A stretch of 64,000 nt of DNA from Eledone cirrhosa (lineage: Eukaryota), in assembly GCA_964016885.1 (NCBI GenBank), contig OZ024741.1, forward strand, positions 6,262,001-6,326,000, given 5' to 3'. The position numbers and the translations under genes were made by a program. How positions within the stretch are numbered: the first letter of the stretch is position 1; each line of letters starts with the position of its first letter. A model generated the notes under the pieces. That model saw only the letters and a program-made list of their open reading frames with translations, searched no databases and had not been told where the DNA came from. Of the stretch, positions 55,401 to 64,000 are shown in pieces.

Positions 55401-58246
55401 AAAGGTATTTTGTACCTGACAGGAATAAAGGTATTCTGTACCTGACAGATGTAAAGGTATTCTGTACCTGACAGGTATAAATGTATTCTGTACCTGACAG
55501 GTATAAAGGTATTCTGTTCCTTACAGGTATAAAGGTATTCTGTACCTGACAGATGTAAAGGTATTCTGTACCTGAGAGGTATAAAGGTATTCTGTACCTG
55601 ACAGGTATAAAGGTATTCTGTACCTGACAGATATAAAAGTATTCTTTACCTGACAGGTATAAAGGTATTCTGTACCTGACAGGTATAACGGTATTCTGTT
55701 CCTGACAGATGTAAAGGTATTCTGTTCCTGACAGATGTAAAGGTATTCTGTACCTGACAGGTATAAAGGTATTCTGTACCTGACAGGTATAAAGGTATTC
55801 TGTTCCTGACAGATGTAAAGGTATTCTGTACCTGACAGATGTAAAGGTATTCTGTACCTGACAGGAATAAAGGTATTCTGTACCTGACAGGTATAAAGGT
55901 ATTCTGTTCAAGACAGGTATAAAGGTATTATGTTCCTGACAAGTATAAAGGTATTTTGTTTCTGACAGGTATAAAGATATTCTGTTCCTGACAGGTTTAA
56001 AGGTATTCTGTACCTGACAGGTATAAAGGCATTCTGTACCTGACAGGTATGAAGGTATTCTGTTCCTAATAGTTGTAAAGGTATTCTGTTCCTGACAGAT
56101 GTAAAGGTATTCTGTACCTGACAGGTATAAGGGTATTCTGTACCTGACAGATGTAAAGGCATTCTGTACATGACAGATGTAAAGGTATTCTGTACCTGAC
56201 AGATGTAAAGGTATTCTGTACCTGACAGGTATAAAGGTATTCTGTACTAGACAGATGTAAAGGTATTCTGTACCTGACAGATAAAAAGGTGTTCTGTTCC
56301 TGACAGGTATAAAGGTATTCTGTTCCTGACAGATGTAAAGGTATTCTGTACCTGATAGATATAAAGGTATTCTGTACCTGACAGGTATAAAGGTATTCTG
56401 TACCTGACAGATGTAAAGGTATTCTGTACCTGACAGGTATAAAGGTATTCTGCACTAGACAGATGTAAAGGTATTCTGCACCTGACAGGTATAAAGGTAT
56501 TCTGTACCTGACAGGTATAAAGGTATTCTGTACCTGATAGATATAAAGGTATTCTGTACCTGACAGCTGTAAAGGTATTCTGTTCCTGACAGATATAAAG
56601 GTATTCTGTACCTGACAGATATAAAGGTATTCTGTACCTGACAGATGTAATGGTATTCTGTAACTGACAGATGTAAAGGTATTCTATTCCTGACAGATGT
56701 AAAGGTATTCTGTACCTGACAGGTATAAAGGTATTCTGTACCTGACAGGTATAAAGGTATCCTGTTCCTGACAGATGTAAAGGTATTCTGTATCTGACAG
56801 ATGTAAAGGTATTCTGTACCTGACAGGTATAAAGGTATTCTGTACCTGACAGGTATAAAGGTATTCTGTTTCTGACAGGTATAGAGGTATTCTGTACCTG
56901 ACAGGTATAAAGGTATTCTGTACCTGACAGGTATAGAGGTATTCTGTACCTGACAGGTATAAAGGTATTCTGTACCTGACAGGTATAAAGGTATTCTGTA
57001 CCTGAGAGACATAAAGGTATTCTGTACCTGACAGGTATAAAGGTATTCTGTACCTGACAGGTATGATGGTATTCTGTACCCGACAGGTATAAAGGTATTC
57101 TGTACCTGAGAGATATAAAGGTATTCTCTACCTGACAGGTATAAAGGTATTCTGTACCTGACAGGTATAAAGGTATGCTGTACCTGACAGATGTAAAGGT
57201 ATTCTGTACCTGACAGATGTAAAGGTATTCTGTACCTGACAGATATAAAGGTATTCTGTACCTGACAGATATAAAGGTATTCTTTTCCTGACAGGTGTAA
57301 AGGTATTCTGTACCTGACAGGTATAAAGGTATTCTGGACCTGACAGGTATAAAGTTATTCTTTCCCTGACAGGTATAAAGGTATTCTGTACCTGATAGAT
57401 ATAAAGGTATTCTGTACCTGACAGATGCAAAGGTATTCTGTTCCTGACAGATGTAAAGGTATTCTTTACCTGACAGGTATAAAGGTATTCTGTACCTGAC
57501 AGATGTAAAGGTATTATGTTCCTGACAAATGTAAAGTTATTTTGTACCTGACAGATGTAAAGGTATTCTGTTCCTGACAGATATAAAGGTATTCTGTTCC
57601 TGACAGATGTAAAGGTATTCTGTACCTGACAGATGTAAAGGTATTCTGTACCTGACAGGTATAAAGGTATTCTGTACCTGACAGGTATAAAGGTATTCTG
57701 TACCTGACAGATGTAAAGGTATTCTGTTCCTGACAGGTATAAAGGTATTCTGTACCTGACAGATGTAAAGGTATTCTGTAGCTGACAGATGAAAAGGTAT
57801 TCTGTACCAGACGGGTATAAAGGTATTCTGTTCAAGACAGGTATAAAAGTATTATGTTCCTGACAGGTATAAAGGTATTTTGTTTCTGACAGGTATAAAG
57901 ATATTCTGTTCCTGACGAGTATAAAGGTATTCTGTACCTGACAGGTATAAAGGCATTCTGTACCTGACAGATGTAAAGGTATTCTGTACCTGACAGGTAT
58001 AAGGGTATTCTGTACCTGACAGATGTAAAGGCATTCTGTTCCTGACAGATGTAAAGCTATTCTGTACCTGACAGATGTAAAGGTATTCTGTACCTGATAG
58101 GTATAAAGGTATTCTGTACCTGACAGATGTAAATATATTCTGTACCTGACAGGTATAAAGGTATTCTGTTCCTGACAGATGTAAAGGTATTCTGTTCCTG
58201 ACAGATGTAAAGGTATTCTGTACCTGACAGGTATAAGGGTATTCTG
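45210..58246. repeat. Higher-order tandem duplication, ~6.5 kb (~250 monomers), 2 copies
   Basis: Landmarks 46857/53332 and 47666/54141 (6475); 48723/55249 and 50602/57128 (6526 = 251x26). Confidence 0.9.
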
Positions 58247-61200
58247 TACCTGACAGATGTAAAGGCATTCTGTACCTGACAGATGTAAAGGTATTCTGTA
58301 CCTGACAGATGTAAAGGTATTCTGTACCTGACAGGTATAAAGGTATTCTGTACCTGACAGATGTAAAGGTATTCTGTACCTGACAGGTATAAAGGTATTC
58401 TGTTCCTGACAGATGTAAAGGTATTCTGTACCTGACAGGTATAAAAGTATTCTGTACCTGACAGGTATAAAGGTATTCTGTACCTGATAGATATAAACGT
58501 ATTCTGTACCTGACAGATGTAATGGTATTCTGTTCCTGACAGATATAAAGGTATTCTGTACCTGACAGATATAAAGGTATTCTGTACCTGACAGATGTAA
58601 AGGTATTCTGTACCTGACAGATGTAAAAGTATTCTGTACCTGACAGGTATAAAGGTATTCTGTACCTGACAGGTATAAAGGTATTCTGTTCCAGACAGAT
58701 GTAAAGGTATTCTGTACCTGACAGATGTAAAGATATTCTGTTCCTGACAGGTATAAAGGTATTCTGTACCTGACAGGTATAAAGGTATTCTGTTCCTGAC
58801 AGATGTAAAGGTATTCTGTTCCTCACAGATGTAAAGGTATTCTGTACCTGACAGGTATAATGGTATTCTGTACCTGACAGGTATAAAGCTATTCTGTTCC
58901 TGACAGATGTAAAGGTATTCTGTACCTGACAGATGTAAAGGTATTCTGTACCTGACAGGTATAAAGGTATTCTGTACCTAACAGGTATAAATGTATTCTG
59001 TTTCTGTCAGGTATAGAGGTATTCTGTACCTCACAGGTATAAGGGTATACTGTACCTGACAGGTATAAAGGTATTCTGTACCTGACACATATAAAGGTAT
59101 TCTGTTCCTCACATGTATAAAGGTATTCTGTACCTGACAGATATAAAGGTATTCTGTACCTGACAGGTATAAAGGTATTCCGTACCTGACAGGTATAAAG
59201 GTATTCTGTACCTGACAGATATAAAAGTATTCAGTACCTGACAGGTATAAAGGTATTCTGTACCTGACAGGTATAAAGGTATTCTGTTCCTGACAGATCT
59301 AAAGGTATTCTGTACCTGACAGATGTAAAGGTATTCTGTTCCTGACAGGTATAAAGGTATTCTGTACCTGACGGGTATAAAGGTATTCTGTTCCTGACAG
59401 ATGTAAAGGTATTCTGTTCCTCACAGATGTAAAGGTATTCTGTACCTGACAGGTATAATGGTATTCTGTACCTGACAGGTATAAAGCTATTCTGTTCCTG
59501 ACAGATGTAAAGGTATTCTGTACCTGACAGATGTAAAGGTATTCTGTACCTGACAGGTATAAAGGTATTCTGTACCTAACAGGTATAAAGGTATTCTGTT
59601 TCTGTCAGGTATAGAGGTATTCTGTACCTCACAGGTATAAGGGTATACTGTACCTGACAGGTATAAAGGTATTCTGTACCTGACACATATAAAGGTATTC
59701 TGTTCCTCACATGTATAAAGGTATTCTGTACCTGACAGATATAAAGGTATTCTGTACCTGACAGGTATAAAGGTATTCCGTACCTGACAGGTATAAAGGT
59801 ATTCTGTACCTGACAGAGGTAAAGGTATTCTGTACTTGACAGGTATAAAGGTATTCTGTACCCGACAGGTATAAAGGTATTCTGTCCCTGACAGATAAAA
59901 AGGTATTCTGTACCTGACAGATGTAAAGGTATTCTTTACCTGACAGGTATAAAGGTATTCTGTACCTGACAGATGTAAAGGTATTCTGTTCCTGACAGAT
60001 GTAAAGTTATTCTGTACCTGAGAGATGTAAAGTTATTCTGTTCCTGACAGATATAAAGGTATTCTGTTCCTGACAGATGTAAAGGTATTCTGTACCTGAG
60101 AGATGTAAAGGTATTCTGTTCCTGAGAGATATAAAGGTATTCTGTTCCTGACAGATGTAAAGGTATTTTGTACCTGACAGGTATAAAGGTATTTTGTACC
60201 TGACAGGAATAAAGGTATTCTGTACCTGACAGATGTAAAGGTATTCTGTACCTGACAGGTATAAATGTATTCTGTACCTGACAGGTATAAAGGTATTCTG
60301 TTCCTTACAGGTATAAAGGTATTCTGTACCTGACAGATGTAAAGGTATTCTGTACCTGAGAGGTATAAAGGTATTCTGTACCTGACAGGTATAAAGGTAT
60401 TCTGTACCTGACAGATATAAAAGTATTCTTTACCTGACAGGTATAAAGGTATTCTGTACCTGACAGGTATAACGGTATTCTGTTCCTGACAGATGTAAAG
60501 GTATTCTGTTCCTGACAGATGTAAAGGTATTCTGTACCTGACAGGTATAAAGGTATTCTGTACCTGACAGGTATAAAGGTATTCTGTTCCTGACAGATGT
60601 AAAGGTATTCTGTACCTGACAGATGTAAAGGTATTCTGTACCTGACAGGAATAAAGGTATTCTGTACCTGACAGGTATAAAGGTATTCTGTTCAAGACAG
60701 GTATAAAGGTATTATGTTCCTGACAAGTATAAAGGTATTTTGTTTCTGACAGGTATAAAGATATTCTGTTCCTGACAGGTTTAAAGGTATTCTGTACCTG
60801 ACAGGTATAAAGGCATTCTGTACCTGAAAGGTATGAAGGTATTCTGTTCCTAATAGTTGTAAAGGTATTCTGTTCCTGACAGATGTAAAGGTATTCTGTA
60901 CCTGACAGGTATAAGGGTATTCTGTACCTGACAGATGTAAAGGCATTCTGTACATGACAGATGTAAAGGTATTCTGTACCTGACAGATGTAAAGGTATTC
61001 TGTACCTGACAGGTATAAAGGTATTCTGTACTAGACAGATGTAAAGGTATTCTGTACCTGACAGATAAAAAGGTGTTCTGTTCCTGACAGGTATAAAGGT
61101 ATTCTGTTCCTGACAGATGTAAAGGTATTCTGTACCTGATAGATATAAAGGTATTCTGTACCTGACAGGTATAAAGGTATTCTGTACCTGACAGATGTAA

Positions 61201-64000
61201 AGGTATTCTGTACCTGACAGGTATAAAGGTATTCTGCACTAGACAGATGTAAAGGTATTCTGCACCTGACAGGTATAAAGGTATTCTGTACCTGACAGGT
61301 ATAAAGGTATTCTGTACCTGATAGATATAAAGGTATTCTGTACCTGACAGCTGTAAAGGTATTCTGTTCCTGACAGATATAAAGGTATTCTGTACCTGAC
61401 AGATATAAAGGTATTCTGTACCTGACAGATGTAATGGTATTCTGTAACTGACAGATGTAAAGGTATTCTATTCCTGACAGATGTAAAGGTATTCTGTACC
61501 TGACAGGTATAAAGGTATTCTGTACCTGACAGGTATAAAGGTATCCTGTTCCTGACAGATGTAAAGGTATTCTGTATCTGACAGATGTAAAGGTATTCTG
61601 TACCTGACAGGTATAAAGGTATTCTGTACCTGACAGGTATAAAGGTATTCTGTTTCTGACAGGTATAGAGGTATTCTGTACCTGACAGGTATAAAGGTAT
61701 TCTGTACCTGACAGGTATAGAGGTATTCTGTACCTGACAGGTATAAAGGTATTCTGTACCTGACAGGTATAAAGGTATTCTGTACCTGAGAGACATAAAG
61801 GTATTCTGTACCTGACAGGTATAAAGGTATTCTGTACCTGACAGGTATGATGGTATTCTGTACCCGACAGGTATAAAGGTATTCTGTACCTGAGAGATAT
61901 AAAGGTATTCTCTACCTGACAGGTATAAAGGTATTCTGTACCTGACAGGTATAAAGGTATGCTGTACCTGACAGATGTAAAGGTATTCTGTACCTGACAG
62001 ATGTAAAGGTATTCTGTACCTGACAGATATAAAGGTATTCTGTACCTGACAGATATAAAGGTATTCTTTTCCTGACAGGTGTAAAGGTATTCTGTACCTG
62101 ACAGGTATAAAGGTATTCTGGACCTGACAGGTATAAAGTTATTCTTTCCCTGACAGGTATAAAGGTATTCTGTACCTGATAGATATAAAGGTATTCTGTA
62201 CCTGACAGATGCAAAGGTATTCTGTTCCTGACAGATGTAAAGGTATTCTTTACCTGACAGGTATAAAGGTATTCTGTACCTGACAGATGTAAAGGTATTA
62301 TGTTCCTGACAAATGTAAAGTTATTTTGTACCTGACAGATGTAAAGGTATTCTGTTCCTGACAGATATAAAGGTATTCTGTTCCTGACAGATGTAAAGGT
62401 ATTCTGTACCTGACAGATGTAAAGGTATTCTGTACCTGACAGGTATAAAGGTATTCTGTACCTGACAGGTATAAAGGTATTCTGTACCTGACAGATGTAA
62501 AGGTATTCTGTTCCTGACAGGTATAAAGGTATTCTGTACCTGACAGATGTAAAGGTATTCTGTAGCTGACAGATGAAAAGGTATTCTGTACCAGACGGGT
62601 ATAAAGGTATTCTGTTCAAGACAGGTATAAAAGTATTATGTTCCTGACAGGTATAAAGGTATTTTGTTTCTGACAGGTATAAAGATATTCTGTTCCTGAC
62701 GAGTATAAAGGTATTCTGTACCTGACAGGTATAAAGGCATTCTGTACCTGACAGATGTAAAGGTATTCTGTACCTGACAGGTATAAGGGTATTCTGTACC
62801 TGACAGATGTAAAGGCATTCTGTTCCTGACAGATGTAAAGCTATTCTGTACCTGACAGATGTAAAGGTATTCTGTACCTGACAGGTATAAAGGTATTCTG
62901 TACCTGACAGATGTAAATATATTCTGTACCTGACAGGTATAAAGGTATTCTGTTCCTGACAGATGTAAAGGTATTCTGTTCCTGACAGATGTAAAGGTAT
63001 TCTGTACCTGACAGGTATAAGGGTATTCTGTACCTGACAGATGTAAAGGCATTCTGTACCTGACAGATGTAAAGGTATTCTGTACCTGACAGATGTAAAG
63101 GTATTCTGTACCTGACAGGTATAAAGGTATTCTGTACCTGACAGATGTAAAGGTATTCTGTACCTGACAGGTATAAAGGTATTCTGTTCCTGACAGATGT
63201 AAAGGTATTCTGTACCTGACAGGTATAAAAGTATTCTGTACCTGACAGGTATAAAGGTATTCTGTACCTGATAGATATAAACGTATTCTGTACCTGACAG
63301 ATGTAAAGGTATTCTGTTCCTGACAGATATAAAGGTATTCTGTACCTGACAGATATAAAGGTATTCTGTACCTGACAGATGTAAAGGTATTCTGTACCTG
63401 ACAGATGTAAAAGTATTCTGTACCTGACAGGTATAAAGGTATTCTGTACCTGACAGGTATAAAGGTATTCTGTTCCAGACAGATGTAAAGGTATTCTGTA
63501 CCTGACAGATGTAAAGATATTCTGTTCCTGACAGGCATAAAGGTATTCTGTACCTGACAGGTATAAAGGTATTCTGTTCCTGACAGATGTAAAGGTATTC
63601 TGTTCCTCACAGATGTAAAGGTATTCTGTACCTGACAGGTATAATGGTATTCTGTACCTGACAGGTATAAAGCTATTCTGTTCCTGACAGATGTAAAGGT
63701 ATTCTGTACCTGACAGATGTAAAGGTATTCTGTACCTGACAGGTATAAAGGTATTCTGTACCTAACAGGTATAAAGGTATTCTGTTTCTGTCAGGTATAG
63801 AGGTATTCTGTACCTCACAGGTATAAGGGTATACTGTACCTGACAGGTATAAAGGTATTCTGTACCTGACACATATAAAGGTATTCTGTTCCTCACATGT
63901 ATAAAGGTATTCTGTACCTGACAGATATAAAGGTATTCTGTACCTGACAGGTATAAAGGTATTCCGTACCTGACAGGTATAAAGGTATTCTGTACCTGAC
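55010..64000. repeat. Higher-order tandem duplication, 4784 bp = 184 monomers, second copy truncated by the window
   Basis: Landmarks 55249/60033, 55908/60692, 57128/61912 and 57852/62636. Confidence 0.92.

Larger units (their letters stand above)
25870..64000. repeat. 26-bp satellite array, segment 4 (uninterrupted 38 kb, ~1,470 monomers, runs off the window)
   Basis: Same monomer throughout. No non-satellite sequence was seen; there are occasional 23-28-bp indel monomers. Confidence 0.99.

Noticed and set aside
1188-63610. Dozens of minus-strand ORFs (66-1104 aa) as protein-coding genes
   Set aside because: They overlap in all three frames with the same peptide cycle, the unit length (26) is not a multiple of 3, and starts and stops come from sporadic monomer variants.
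802-64000. TATAAA in the major monomer as TATA boxes; array as a telomeric or proven centromeric repeat
   Set aside because: The motif has no promoter context. There is no canonical telomere unit or chromosome-end evidence, and centromere function cannot be inferred without CENP-A data.

Overview
This window is almost entirely (~94%) a head-to-tail tandem satellite with a 26-bp monomer (consensus GGTATTCTGTACCTGACAGGTATAAA, ~38% GC, no CpG). There are roughly 2,300 monomers, all in one orientation. In the first 26 kb the array is interrupted four times by a near-identical 978-bp non-satellite cassette (1-801 truncated by the window edge, 9808-10785, 15400-16377, 24892-25869). Each cassette has ~400 bp of AT-rich unique sequence followed by two unrelated minisatellites that both have a 48-bp unit and five full copies. 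Cassette plus satellite forms a variable-length macro-repeat (periods 9984, 5592 and 9492 bp). From 25870 to the end, the satellite is uninterrupted (38 kb) and built from nested block duplications of about 23-250 monomers. It looks like eukaryotic, probably animal, repetitive DNA; the taxon cannot be determined from the sequence alone. No protein-coding gene, RNA gene, CRISPR array or autonomous mobile element can be supported. The long minus-strand ORFs are artefacts of a stop-free 26-mer. The main leads are candidate minus-strand micro-exons in the cassette, the twin 48x5 minisatellites, and a palindromic, splice-site-like monomer with a two-state variant code.
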